A stretch of 64,000 nucleotides of DNA, taken from assembly GCA_010909165.1 (NCBI GenBank), contig MU008160.1, positions 372,001-436,000 on the forward strand, given 5' to 3'. Every line of letters begins with the position of its first letter. The first letter of the stretch is position 1. Below the pieces are notes generated by a model, which made no database searches, was not told where the DNA came from, and worked only from the letters and a program-made list of their open reading frames with translations. Below are positions 1 to 11,664 of the stretch, in pieces. The stretch is from Anthoceros angustus (lineage: Eukaryota > Plantae > Anthocerotophyta). Made by a program: the position numbers and the translations under genes.

Positions 1-399
1 GAGCCTGAGCAAGCAACTGTCACTGCTTCTCCTTCTCGAAAGCCAGAGTCCCCACACACGCAGGAGACACACAGAGACATGACTGCCTCGGGTGCACATA
101 TGTCGTCTTCTTCCGTCTCTCTGCGAAGATTGTGCCCTCTCATGCCATTTTTGGAATACTCGCTTCTATGGCCTCACGTTGTCTAGGGAGCCGCAGTTCT
201 CGAAGGATGACCTGAAAATGAATAGAAAATCAATATTTAGGTGGCTTTGTGAACGGCACTGTGAGATTATTAGTCTTTCACTGCACTTTGCAACCTTAAC
301 GGTAGCTTTCTAGCTTTCTTCTGTAGATTCTGGGCTGCCTAATGGATTCGTGTTGTCCAACACTGTGACCAGGAGGAGGAAATAGAGTGCGAGTCTGTC

Positions 400-2499
400 A
401 TGGCGCAGGCGGACCACCTCCTGGAGCAAGCGTATGACGACTCGGTCCTTCTCGCGAATTCTGAAAGGCGCAGCAGCAGGCTGCCTCTCTCGCACTCCGG
501 TCCGCTCACGAATGGATTGGGATTGTCTTCCAGACACCACGCCCTGAAGTCCCAGAGTTGCAGGTTCACAGCCCGCCAAGCTGATATTGTGCGGGCACTC
601 GAGGCTCGGGAGCAGAACAGGAGTTTTGGGCGCCACTCGGACCTTGTCAAGGCCCTCGAGGCCCGGCAGAGGAACAGACTATCGTCACAATCCGGGTCGG
701 CTACCAGCTCCGGGGCCGCGCCCGGGGAGAAGAGTAACGGAGCTGGTTCTGTTCCCATCGTCACCGTCTCCCAGCCGCAACAGCAACAAGAGCAGGAGGA
801 AGTTCAAGTGCAAGTGCAAGAGAAGACTGCAGTAGCCCAAGTGCAAGTGCAAGAGAAGACTGCAGCAGCCCAAGTGCAAGTGCAAGAGAAGACTGCAGCA
901 GTGCAAGTGCAAGTGGAAGAGAAGACTGCAGCAGCCCAAGTGCAAGCGCAGGAGAAGACTGCAGCAGCCCAAGTGCAAGCGCAAGACAAGCCTGCAGCAG
1001 GCCAAGCTCCAGCTCAAGCTCAAGCTCAAGCCGTCGCCGAGCCGCCCAAGGAGCCCAGGAAAAGCAACCTGAAGAGTTCCTCCATCAAGCAACCTGCTGC
1101 TGCAGTATCAGATGCTGCTCCGAGGGGTCGGGTGCTCATTCTCACAGCTCCGGAGTTGGATGTGGATCATCATCCAACAGGCAGCAGGCATCATGTTGAT
1201 GGGGATCACCATGCCCGAGCTTCTCCTTCTCAGCCCCTGGACGCCCGGGTTTCTTCTGCTCAGCCCCTGGACGCCAAGGACGAGAAGGAGGGAGGGGAGG
1301 CCGACTCTGCAGCGCCGGGGCCAGGGTCTGAGTTGCCTCGGCTTTCAGAGACCGCGATGGACCATTCTCTTGCCAGCCCCCTGGACCTGGAACACTCGGA
1401 GCTTCTGGGTGCAGACCTCCAAGCCAGGTTTCAACTGCTGAAAGCCGACCATTACTCGGCATCACCATCGTCCTCTCACACTGGACCACCTCCTGCTTCT
1501 CCTACTTTGACACATCAGGTACAGGCCTTGAGATTTGGTTCAACGGGCCCATTAGTCATCCGGCTTACATCGTCTGGATCTCCGTCTGCTTCTCAGTTGT
1601 CTGCCCGAATAGCGTCTCTCCAGCAGTCGTCAGGTAAAGCTCCTCCCGCCGCTCCTGCTGCTGCTGCTCCTCCTCCTCCTTCTGCTCCCGGTGCTGCGAC
1701 TACTGCATCAACACCTTCACCTCTTCCGCATGCTCCTGCTGTATCTCCTTCTTCGCCTCCATCGGATGATGCCTCCTCTGCAAATACTTGCTGCTCCTGT
1801 CTGCCCTCATGTTTGAAGCAAAAGGATCGCAAGCCTTCAACTGCTGACCCTCTCCCAAAATCTTCTCACCCTTCTCCTTCTCACCCGTCTCCTCCCTCAC
1901 CTTTCCACAAGCAGCTCCAAACGCCTATTGCCACTTCAAACAAACACGTGGCCGTGCCGGCTAAGGAGGAGGAGCCTCACAGGCACGAGGTTGACTCGGC
2001 AGCGGCAGCTCCAAAAACCCAGGATTTCCTGCAAAGTGTTGTGGACGAAGTGCAGCAGCAGGAGGGGGAGGACGAGGAGGAGCAGGATTGGCAGGACGAC
2101 ATAGAAGCCATGAAGGACAGCATTCATGGGCCCAACATCCTCAAGACGTTTTCTTTGAAGGATGTGAACAAGGAGTTGAGTAAGGCCACCCTTGACGAGG
2201 CAACCTTGGCCAGGGAGGCACAAAAGCTGGTGCAGCAGGCCCTGGATGTTGACCCAGCAGATGGTGAATTGCACAACGTGAAGAGGCGTCATATGAGATC
2301 TAAGAGCTTCCATGTCAAGGGCATGGGCAATGGTAGCAACGGAAGTGGCTATGGCAGCAACGCAAATGGCAATGGCCACGCTAGTGGCAGTGGGTTCAGT
2401 GAATCAGAAGACCAAGATAGCCTGGATGAGGACCAGCAGGATGACTCCGATGGTGCCAAGCAAAGGAGGAAAAAGGCTAAGAGGAGAGCCAGGAGGTGA
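400..2499 (+). CDS. Hypothetical 699-aa low-complexity (Ser/Pro/Ala/Gln-rich) protein, single exon
   Basis: Long uninterrupted ORF with ATG. It has an 11-aa repeat, a TCCSC cysteine cluster, an acidic block and a basic C-terminal KQRRKKAKRRARR NLS-like motif. No family recognised. Confidence 0.75.
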   Translation: MAQADHLLEQAYDDSVLLANSERRSSRLPLSHSGPLTNGLGLSSRHHALKSQSCRFTARQADIVRALEAREQNRSFGRHSDLVKALEARQRNRLSSQSGSATSSGAAPGEKSNGAGSVPIVTVSQPQQQQEQEEVQVQVQEKTAVAQVQVQEKTAAAQVQVQEKTAAVQVQVEEKTAAAQVQAQEKTAAAQVQAQDKPAAGQAPAQAQAQAVAEPPKEPRKSNLKSSSIKQPAAAVSDAAPRGRVLILTAPELDVDHHPTGSRHHVDGDHHARASPSQPLDARVSSAQPLDAKDEKEGGEADSAAPGPGSELPRLSETAMDHSLASPLDLEHSELLGADLQARFQLLKADHYSASPSSSHTGPPPASPTLTHQVQALRFGSTGPLVIRLTSSGSPSASQLSARIASLQQSSGKAPPAAPAAAAPPPPSAPGAATTASTPSPLPHAPAVSPSSPPSDDASSANTCCSCLPSCLKQKDRKPSTADPLPKSSHPSPSHPSPPSPFHKQLQTPIATSNKHVAVPAKEEEPHRHEVDSAAAAPKTQDFLQSVVDEVQQQEGEDEEEQDWQDDIEAMKDSIHGPNILKTFSLKDVNKELSKATLDEATLAREAQKLVQQALDVDPADGELHNVKRRHMRSKSFHVKGMGNGSNGSGYGSNANGNGHASGSGFSESEDQDSLDEDQQDDSDGAKQRRKKAKRRARR
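805..999 (+). repeat. Coding tandem repeat, ~33-bp unit (QVQVQEKTAAA) x ~6
   Basis: caagtgcaagtgcaagagaagactgcagcagcc repeated with few substitutions, in frame. Confidence 0.9.
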
Positions 2500-2877
2500 A
2501 ACTCCTTGTGACGTGGAGGAGATCATGCAAGTGTCGGCTTTATGTGTTTTCAGAGCATCTGGAGTTCTCCTGGTGATCTCGTATGACATCGAAGCACCTG
2601 TTCATGCCAGCCTAGAAGATTGTCACGATCATGTCACGTGTATGTAGCTCAGGCACAGGCTTCGTCAGTTCTACGACATTTTTGAACAAAATATAATATA
2701 GTACAATACTGATAGGATAAAGTATACGATATTGGGACTTTTGTTAAAACTGTGAGGATATCTGATCACTTACCTACATAGATATGTATTAGCCAAGCAC
2801 TTTATGCCAGCATTCCTATCCAGTGTCCAAAGGCCATAAAAGCCTCCCGTCCGACGGACTCCGACTACAGATGAGGA

Positions 2878-2939
2878 GACCGGAAGACCGTGAGACCGGG
2901 AGACCGGGTGACCGGGTGACCGGGTGACCGGATGACCGA
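2878..2939. repeat. 9-bp tandem repeat (GACCGGGTG-like) x ~7
   Basis: gaccggaa-gaccgtga-gaccggga-gaccgggt... read directly from the sequence. Confidence 0.85.
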
Positions 2940-3565
2940 GCACTGGCCTGAGGCAAGAACAACCCGTTGCCTCTCTTCAGAATCTTGGCAAACCAAGAGC
3001 TCAATTGCAATAGACCCCTGAAAACATTACGGGAGTCGCTAGCATAGATCTGCAGCAAGCCTAAAGTCTACCCACAGGTGAATTGGAATCTTTGCGCCAG
3101 CTGAAATGGATTTGCACCCAGAAAGAGTATCATGTCTTTTCTGTAGTTCCAAGGAGCAAACTCAACACGTCTTGTCCTGTAATCAGCAAGGAGCAAATTC
3201 AACAGATCAACAAATCGTACCTGGTAACTGAACGATGCAAACAGTTGTCATGAAAAGTGCTGAACGGCCATCGTGGACCAGCACTGTCGGTGGAACAGTC
3301 TGCAGCCAAGTCTTCTGCTCAGACAGAATGGCTTGCATCTGCATGTCCACAAATTGACGGAACTTCACTACTATTGGAAGAGCCGAGGCAGGAGGAAGAC
3401 CAGGGCATGGGTGATGGTTCACTTACAACTCTTGTTCCTCATTGAGACTGAGCATTTCCAAAAGCTGCTGGAACCATCAGAAATGCATCGAGCGTGGGAT
3501 GCATAGGTTTTCACAACGGGAATTGGGGTCCTCATATTGACTTGGTTAGATTAGATTCCTGCCCA

Positions 3566-5236
3566 TCACCAGATATGCCTGCCGGTTACGAGCTCAGATG
3601 TCGCATAATCCTCCTTCCCTGTTGAGGAGAAAGGCTCGCTCAGCCTTGCTCCGAGTCCAGGATGCTTCCTATCCTCGACCAAGAAACTATGCACAAGTCC
3701 ATCCATATCGGTCCACCAGCTCTGGCCTGGCTGCTTCCATGCCCTAATGCCTTTCCTCCTTGCCTGCAACTCCTGTGCCTGTTCCCACATTTGGGCATCA
3801 CAGTATATGTTTGACATCAAGACATATGCTGCAGCATCTTTTGTGTCTAGCTTCATGGCTTCATCAAAAGCATGGCGTCCCACCTCCACGTTGGTCCACT
3901 TTCGACAAGCACTCAATAGAGTATGCCATACTGTAGCGTCAGCGGAAACAGTCATTTTCCGTACTAAAGCTAATGCCTCGTCCAGCTGTCCTGCACGACC
4001 CAGAAGATCCACCAGGCCCGTGTAATGGTCCACTGTAGGATTGATGCCGTACTGCCTGCTCATAGCTTCAAAGTACTCCCGCCCCTTGGTCACAAGACCA
4101 GTATGACTGCATGCCATTAATATACTAAGGAATGTGATGCTATCTGGTAGGATGCCATCCTCTTGCATTCTGACAACCAAGTCAAAGACCAGTTCAGAGT
4201 TTCCTTGACGCGTGTAGCCTGCAATCAGTGCATTCCATGCAACAATGTCTCTCTCGGGCAATGTCTCAAACACCTCCTGTGCATCCACCATACTGCCACA
4301 TTTTCCATACATGTTTATCAAACTCCCAGCCACAAGAACATCACCTTGAAGCCCCTCTCTTTTGATCTGCGCATGAAGCTGCCTTCCAAGATGCAAAGCT
4401 GCCACATTTGCACATGCCTGCAGGAGGCATACAAATGTCACAGAATTAGGTGCAACAAGGCCTTCTTCTTGCATAGCCCTATAAAGACCAAGGGCTTCCT
4501 GCTCCATGCCCTGCTGCGCATATCCAGCAATCATGGTACTCCACGTTACCACATTTTTTTCACCAAGTCCATTAAACACTTCCCGGGCATCCTCTAGGCT
4601 GCTACATTTTGCATACATGTTTACCAAACTGCTAGCTACAAACACATCAGCCTGAAGTCCTTGTTCTCTAATTTGTGCATGAAGCTGCTTTCCGTCCTGC
4701 AAAGCCAGCATGCCCAGACTAGCACAGGCTTGCAGGAGGCACACAAATGTTACAGAATCGGGTGCAGCTAAACTGCCCATAGCCCTGTAGACATCAAGGG
4801 CTTCCTGCCCCATGCCCTGATGGGAATATCCTGCAATCATCGCATTCCATGTCACCACATCTTTCTCAGAGAGTCCATCAAACACAACCTGAGCATCCTC
4901 GAGGCTGCCGCACTTTGCATACATGTTTACCAAGCTGTTGGCTACAAAGACATCAGCCTGAAGCCCTTGCTCTCTAATTTGCCCATGAAGCTGCCTTCCC
5001 TTCTCCAAGGCTGGGGTGCCTACACTTGCACATGCCTGCAGCAGCGACACAAATGTAACAGAATTGGGTGCAGCCAAGCCTTCTTGTTGCATAGCAATGA
5101 AAAGACTAAGGGCTTCGGATCCCATACCCTGCTGGGAATATCCTGCTATCATGGCATTCCATGTGACGACATCTTTATGCGGAAGGTCATCGAACACGCT
5201 CTGTGCGTGCTTGAGGCTCCCACACTTTGCATACAT
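3566..5236 (-). CDS. PLS-class PPR protein, C-terminal part with E1/E2 and a truncated WW-type DYW N-terminus (organellar RNA-editing factor)
   Basis: P (DVVTWNAMIAGY..), L (SVTFVCLLQAC..) and S (VFVANSLVNMYAKCG..) triplets, then E motifs and the PG box KQPGQSWWTDMDGLVHSF. No HxE/CxxC deaminase site follows. The 5' end is interrupted at ~5322 by a copy of its own 3' flank. Confidence 0.9.
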   Translation of the reverse strand: MYAKCGSLKHAQSVFDDLPHKDVVTWNAMIAGYSQQGMGSEALSLFIAMQQEGLAAPNSVTFVSLLQACASVGTPALEKGRQLHGQIREQGLQADVFVANSLVNMYAKCGSLEDAQVVFDGLSEKDVVTWNAMIAGYSHQGMGQEALDVYRAMGSLAAPDSVTFVCLLQACASLGMLALQDGKQLHAQIREQGLQADVFVASSLVNMYAKCSSLEDAREVFNGLGEKNVVTWSTMIAGYAQQGMEQEALGLYRAMQEEGLVAPNSVTFVCLLQACANVAALHLGRQLHAQIKREGLQGDVLVAGSLINMYGKCGSMVDAQEVFETLPERDIVAWNALIAGYTRQGNSELVFDLVVRMQEDGILPDSITFLSILMACSHTGLVTKGREYFEAMSRQYGINPTVDHYTGLVDLLGRAGQLDEALALVRKMTVSADATVWHTLLSACRKWTNVEVGRHAFDEAMKLDTKDAAAYVLMSNIYCDAQMWEQAQELQARRKGIRAWKQPGQSWWTDMDGLVHSFLVEDRKHPGLGARLSEPFSSTGKEDYATSELVTGRHIW

Positions 5237-5321
5237 ACCAGCTGTTTGCTACAAACACATCAGCCTGAAGCCCTTGCTCTCTAATTTGTGCATGAAGCTG
5301 CCTCCCTTTTCCAAAGCTGCT

Positions 5322-8300
5322 GGAACCATCAGAAATGCATCGAGCGTGGGATGCATAGGTTTTCACAACGGAATTGGGGTCCTCATATTGACTTGGTTAG
5401 ATTAGATTCCTGCCCCATCACCAGATATGCCTGCGATTGAGCTCAGATGTCGCATAATCCTCCTTCCCTGTTGAGGAGAAAGGCTCGCTCAGCCTTGCTC
5501 CGAGTCCAGGATGCTTCCTATCCTCGACCAAGAAACTATGCACAAGTCCATCCATATCGGTCCACCAGCTCTGGCCTGGCTGCTTCCATGCCCTAATGCC
5601 TTTCCTCCTTGCCTGCAACTCCTGTGCCTGTTCCCACATTTGGGCATCTTTCAAGCTGCCACACTTGGCATACATGTCCACAAGGCAACTACAAACAAAC
5701 AAATCCGCTCAGCGCCAGTCGCCAACACATCAGCATGCACCTGCTGCCCAGACTTCAAGTCTGCCCCCTCGCACAAGCCTGCAGCGCTGCTACAAACACA
5801 TACCCATCCGGCTTCACGCTTGACCTGCATCTCATGATACAGTTCTAAGGCCTGACTATCCTGCCCCTGTCTAACATGCGCAGAAATGATAGCAGACCAC
5901 GTGAAGGTATCTGGTTTGGGAACCAGCGTGAACACATCCATAGCTTCTTGCAACCTGGCATGAGAGCCATACATTCGCATGATATTATTGCACAAGAACG
6001 TGTCCGATTCATATCCGACCTGCACGCTGAGGGCATGGACACGGCGACCCAGAAGATCCACCAGGCCCGTGTAATGGTCCACTGTAGGATTGATGCCGTA
6101 CTGCCTGCTCATAGCTTCAAAGTACTCCCGCCCCTTGGTCACAAGACCAGTATGACTGCATGCCATTAATATACTAAGGAATGTGATGCTATCTGGTAGG
6201 ATGCCATCCTCTTGCATTCTGACAACCAAGTCAAAGACCAGTTCAGAGTTTCCTTGACGCGTGTAGCCTGCAATCAGTGCATTCCATGCAACAATGTCTC
6301 TCTCGGGCAATGTCTCAAACACCTCCTGTGCATCCACCATACTGCCACATTTTCCATACATGTTTATCAAACTCCCAGCCACAAACACATCTGCTTCAAG
6401 TCCTTGCTCTGTAATTTGTGCATGAAGCTGCCTTCCAAGATGCAAAGCTGCCACATTTGCACATGCCTGCAGGAGGCATACAAATGTCACAGAATTAGGT
6501 GCAACAAGGCCTTCTTCTTGCATAGCCCTATAAAGACCAAGGGCTTCCTGCTCCATGCCCTGCTGCATATCCAGCAATCATGGTACTCCACGTTACCACA
6601 TTTTTTCACCAAGTCCATTAAACACTTCCCGGGCATCCTCTAGGCTACATTTTGCATACATGTTTACAAACTGCTAGCTACAAACACATCAGCCTGAAGT
6701 CCTTGTTCTCTAATTTGTGCATGAAGCTGCTTTCCGTCCTGCAAAGCCAGCATGCCCAGACTAGCACAGGCTTGCAGGAGGCACACAAATGTTACAGAAT
6801 CGGGTGCAGCTAAACTGCCCATAGCCCTGTAGACATCAAGGGCTTCCTGCCCCATGCCCTGGGAATATCCTGCTATCATGGCATTCCATGTCACCACATT
6901 TTTTCACCAAGTCCATTAAACACTTCCCGGGCATCCTCTAGGCTACATTTTGCATACATGTTTACCAAGCTGTTGGCTACAAAGACATCAGCCTGAAGCC
7001 CTTGCTCTCTAATTTGTGCATGAAGCTGCTTCCCTTTTCCAAAGCCAGGGTGCCCACACTGGCACAAGCCTGCAAAAGACACAGTCACAGAATCAAGCGC
7101 AACAATCCCTTCTTCTGCTTGCATTTCCCAGTGCAGAAGAAGGGCTTTCTGCCCATACCCTGCTTGGAATACCCTGCTATCATCGCACTCCAAGTCACCA
7201 AATCCTTTCGAGGAGCCCGTCAAACACTCTTTGGGCATCTTTCAAGCTGCCACACTTGGCATACATGTCCACAAGGCAACTACAAACAAACAAATCCGCT
7301 CAGCGCCAGTCGCCAACACTTGCACATGCCTGCAGGAGGCATACAAATGTCACAGAATTGGGTGCAGCCATGCCTTCTTGCTGCATAGCATTGAGGAGAC
7401 GAAGGGCATCCGTCCCCATGCCCTGCTGGGAATATCCTGCTATCATGGCATTCCATGTGACGACATCTTTATGCGGAAGGTCATCGAACACGCTCTGTGC
7501 GTGCTTGAGGCTCCCACACTTTGCATACATGTTCAGCAAGCTGTTTGCTACAAACACATCAGCCTGAAGCCCTCTCTCTCTTATTTCTGCATGAAGCTGC
7601 TTCCCCTTGTCCAGAGCTGTGGTGCCCACACTTGCACATGCCTGGAGAAGGGACACAAATGTCACAGAATTGGGTGCAGCCATGCCTTCTTGCTGCATAG
7701 CATTGAGGAGACGAAGGGCATCCGTCCCCATGCCCTTCTGTGAATATCCAGCTATCATGGCATTCCACGTCACGACATCTTTCCTAGGAAGTCCATCGAA
7801 AACACCCTGAGCATCATTTAGGCTGCCACACTTCGCATACATGGTTACCAAACTATTGGCAACAAACACATCTGCTTCAAGTCCTTGCTCTGTAATTTGT
7901 GCATTGAGCTGCTTCCCTTCTCCAAGGCTGGGGTGCCTACACTTGCACATGCCTGCAGGAGGCATACAAATGTCACAGAATTGGGTGCAGCCAAGCCTTC
8001 TTGTTGCATAGCAATGAAAAGACTAAGGGCTTCGGATCCCATACCCTGCTGGGAATATCCTGCAATCATCGCATTCCATGTCACCACATCTTTCTCAGAG
8101 AGTCCATCAAACACAACCTGAGCATCCTCGAGGCTGCCGCACTTGCATACATGTTTACCAAACTGTTGGCTACAAAGACATCAGCCTGAAGCCCTCTCTC
8201 TCTTATTTCTGCATGAAGCTGCCTTCCCTTCTCCAAGGCTGGGGTGCCTACACTTGCACATGCCTGCAGGAGGCATACAAATGTCACAGAATTAGGTGCA

Positions 8301-8780
8301 ACAAGGCCTTCTTCTTGCATAGCTCTGTAGAGATGAAGTGCTTCCTGCCCCATACCTTGCTGGGAGCCCAGCTATCATGGCATTCCACGTCACGACATCT
8401 TTCCTAGGAAGTCCATCGAAAACACCCTGAGCATCATTTAGGCTGCCACACTTTGCATACATGGTTACCAAACTATTGGCAACAAACACATCTGCTTCAA
8501 GTCCTTGCTCTGTAATTTGTGCATGAAGCTGCCTCCCTTTTCCAAAGCCAGGGTGCCCACACTGGCACAAGCCTGCAAAGACACACAAAAGTCACAGAAT
8601 TGGGTGCAGCCAAGCCTTCTTCTTGCATAGCTCTGTAGAGATGAAGTGCTTCCTGCCCCATACCTTGCTGGGAGAACCCTCCTATCATGGCATTCCACAA
8701 GACCACATTTTATGACAAGGTCCGTCAAACACTCTTTGGGCATCTTTCAAGCTGCCACACTTTGCATACATGTTCAGCAA
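5322..8780 (-). pseudogene. Mosaic, frameshifted PPR fragments (rearranged copies of the flanking PPR segments)
   Basis: 5322-5648 repeats ~3460-3799. 5648-6050 repeats ~10090-10500. 6050-6900 repeats ~4000-4900. The rest is a run of short ORFs (5651..6577, 6664..6897, 7300..7965, 7845..8114) with PPR motifs broken by indels. Confidence 0.75.
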
Positions 8781-9280
8781 GCTGTTTGCTAATGGCTGGT
8801 TCCTTGAAGTCAAGTGAGCGGGGGATCTGCCTGGGATGCCTGTTAGCTCACCACTTCGTTGGGTCCACAGGAGAATTTCCCAAAACGTGTCCTGTTGCCC
8901 TTTCCGTGGCTCGATTGCCACACTCAATACGGCCATAGCTCGCAGCAGCAAGCGCTACAGCCAACCGCCGTTCGTAATTCGTAATGGCGAGTGGACGTGT
9001 ACATACATACGTACTTCAGGCATGAGAATTCGAGTTTGATTTCCTTCATTTTACAAGCGGCCGCGGCGATCGAAACGTGTAAATCGCCGGACAGTCACAC
9101 CAATGTTTTGCGGGCGCTATTGTTCAAAGAGATTCGAACCATAGTTGTCAGGTTCTTAGCATTCCATGCTGACCAACGCTTCCGTTTCTCAGAGGACAAG
9201 AAAACCAATAGATTAAACCGGTGATAAGCACTGGTTTTGATGCTTCCTGCAAAGACAGCGGGAGCCAGAGGGTGTGGTGC
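8780..9280 (-). repeat. Duplicate of the PPR N-terminal/upstream block at ~11825-12310
   Basis: Near-identical to 11825-12310. It carries the start MAVLSVAIEPRKGQQDTFW fused in frame to a PPR S motif. Confidence 0.8.
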
Positions 9281-10653
9281 CCACACTTGCACATGCCTGG
9301 AGAAGGGACACAAATCACAGAATTGGGTGCAGCCATGCCTTCTTGCTGCATAGCATTGAGGAGACGAAGGGCATCCGTCCCCATGCCCTTCTGTGAATAT
9401 CCAGCTATCATGGCATTCCACGTCACGACATCTTTCCTAGGAAGTCCATCGAAAACACCCTGAGCATCATTTAGGCTGCCACACTTCGCATACATGGTTA
9501 CCAAACTATTGGCAACAAACACATCTGCTTCAAGTCCTTGCTCTGTAATTTGTGCATTGAGCTGCTTCCCTTCCTCCAAGGCCAGAGTGCCAAGACTTCC
9601 ACAGGCCTGCAGGAGGCACACGAAAGTCACCGAATTGGGTGTAACAACCCCTTCTTCTTGCATAGCTCTGTAGAGATGAAGTGCTTCCTGCCCCATACCT
9701 TGCTGGGAGAACCCTCCTATCATGGCATTCCACAAGACCACATTTTTATGACAAGGTCCGTCAAACACAACCCGAGCATCCTCTATGCTGCCACACTTTG
9801 CATACATGTTGACCAAGCTGCTCGCTACAAATACGTCGCCTTGAAATCCTTGCTCTCTAATTTGTGCATGAAGCTGCCTCCCCTTTTCCAAAGCCGGGGT
9901 GCCCACACTGGCACAAGCCTGCAAAAGACACACAAAAGTCACAGAATCAAGCGCAACAATCCCTTCTGCTTGCATTTCCCGGTGCAGAAGAAGGGCTTTC
10001 TGCCCCATACCCTGCTTGGAATACCCTGCTATCATCGCACTCCAAGTCACCAAATCCTTTCGAGGGAGCCCGTCAAACACTCTTTGGGCATCTTTCAAGC
10101 TGCCACACTTGGCATACATGTCCACAAGGCAACTACAAACAAACAAATCCCGCTCAGCGCCAGTCGCCAACACATCAGCATGCACCTGCTGCCCAGACTT
10201 CAAGTCTGCCCCCCTCGCACAAGCCTGCAGCGCTGCTACAAACACATACCCATCCGGCTTCACGCTTGACCTGCACATCTCATGATACAGTTCTAAGGCC
10301 TGACTATCCTGCCCCTGTCTAACATGCGCAGAAATGATAGCAGACCACGTGAAGGTATCTGGTTTGGGAACCAGCGTGAACACATCCATAGCTTCTTGCA
10401 ACCTGGCATGAGAGCCATACATTCGCATGATATTATTGCACAAGAACGTGTCCGATTCATATCCGACCTGCACGCTGAGGGCATGGACACGGCGACCCAG
10501 AAGCAGATCCTTCTTCGCCACACATTCCTTTAGCACCCAATAAATCAGAGATACCGAGATGCGACAGTCTGTGTCCACCATAATTCCCAGAGCCTCAACT
10601 GCCTCAGCAAGCCGCCCCTCCTGACATAGTCTGCTCACGGTATCAGCAGTCAC
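9148..10653 (-). CDS. PLS-class PPR protein, N-terminal PPR array (same locus as 3566-5236)
   Basis: VTADTVSRLCQEGRLAEAVEAL start of the array followed by regular L-S-P triplets. The frame breaks near 9300. Confidence 0.8.
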   Translation of the reverse strand: MTADTVSRLCQEGRLAEAVEALGIMVDTDCRISVSLIYWVLKECVAKKDLLLGRRVHALSVQVGYESDTFLCNNIMRMYGSHARLQEAMDVFTLVPKPDTFTWSAIISAHVRQGQDSQALELYHEMCRSSVKPDGYVFVAALQACARGADLKSGQQVHADVLATGAERDLFVCSCLVDMYAKCGSLKDAQRVFDGLPRKDLVTWSAMIAGYSKQGMGQKALLLHREMQAEGIVALDSVTFVCLLQACASVGTPALEKGRQLHAQIREQGFQGDVFVASSLVNMYAKCGSIEDARVVFDGPCHKNVVLWNAMIGGFSQQGMGQEALHLYRAMQEEGVVTPNSVTFVCLLQACGSLGTLALEEGKQLNAQITEQGLEADVFVANSLVTMYAKCGSLNDAQGVFDGLPRKDVVTWNAMIAGYSQKGMGTDALRLLNAMQQEGMAAPNSVICVPSPGMCKCGHHTLWLPLSLQEASKPVLITGLIYWFSCPLRNGSVGQHGMLRT

Positions 10654-11664
10654 CTCCCTTTCTTTTTCATCAGCTGCACTGTGCTTGAGACAGCATTGCC
10701 AGCTGGCTTCCAGTGTGTGCGTTTTGCTTGTTTCTGTATCGCATTCTTTTGCAAGTTGCTTTAGCTATGTCACTAATTTCCGCAAGGATGGGGTGTCTTC
10801 GTTGGTTCAGCTGCCTTTTGTAGCGGTTACAATTGACATCTGTTATCTCTGCTTTTGATCCCAGATGCGTCATAGAAATAGAACTTGCGCTGGAGCAAAA
10901 CAGAACAGCCAGGCGTAGCATCACACCGGACTTTTATGAAGAAGGAGGTAATAAATGAATGTGGACGTGACGTCTCCTTTCCTAGTCTTTCGTTTTCGCT
11001 ATCCAGAGCTCTGTATGCTTGCAGGGGCCTTGTCTAATCATTGTAGGTTTCTGTGCCTGGCAGTTGTCACAACTCTATAGGTCAGCGTTGAAATCTTGGT
11101 TGGATGGGTATCCCTTGGATTATGGAAGGTTGCTCCAGTTGAGAAATGCTGGCAATCCTTCTGATGAAGCTGAAGCTATTGAGCGGAAGTTCAATGTCAG
11201 AGTGATGTGTACGTGATTTGATCGTGGAGCTGCGGGGTGTAGGGTTTAGCACCTGTTTCTGTCAAATTAAGTAAAGAAGAAATTCCTATAGTGTACTTGG
11301 GTCATACTGTGTCGATCGATTGTGTTTCATGGGACTTTTGATCTGCAAGCAGGAATGCATGCTCCAAGTCTGCGTTCATGGGCTCCACACCTACAAGTGT
11401 CACAAACACGATTCAAGAACAACACTCATGGGATGCGATTCGTGAAAACGGATGAACATGATCGCCTTCAATCTTAGGAAAAAGAATTGATTACAGAATT
11501 GATTACTGAACGGGTTGACGTAACGCTGCGAAAACAGAGCCGCTGCCATGCTATCGGAAAGAAACCTGCCGAAGTTCAATGGCTGTAGCTGCTGCCTCAC
11601 AACTCGAATGCTGGTAAGGGTGAGCTCATGTTGAAGAGGAGGAGAAGGCATGTCACCTCCTTTC
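10649..11664. repeat. ~1-kb copy of 13697-14724 sitting inside the PPR gene N-terminus
   Basis: Near-identical to 13697-14724. Flanked by the direct repeat gtcacctcc(c)tttc at 10649 and 11652. Confidence 0.85.

Noticed and set aside
10649-11664. Autonomous or site-specific transposon
   Set aside because: No TIRs, transposase or clear poly(A). The content matches exons and introns of the neighbouring gene, so it is treated as a templated copy.
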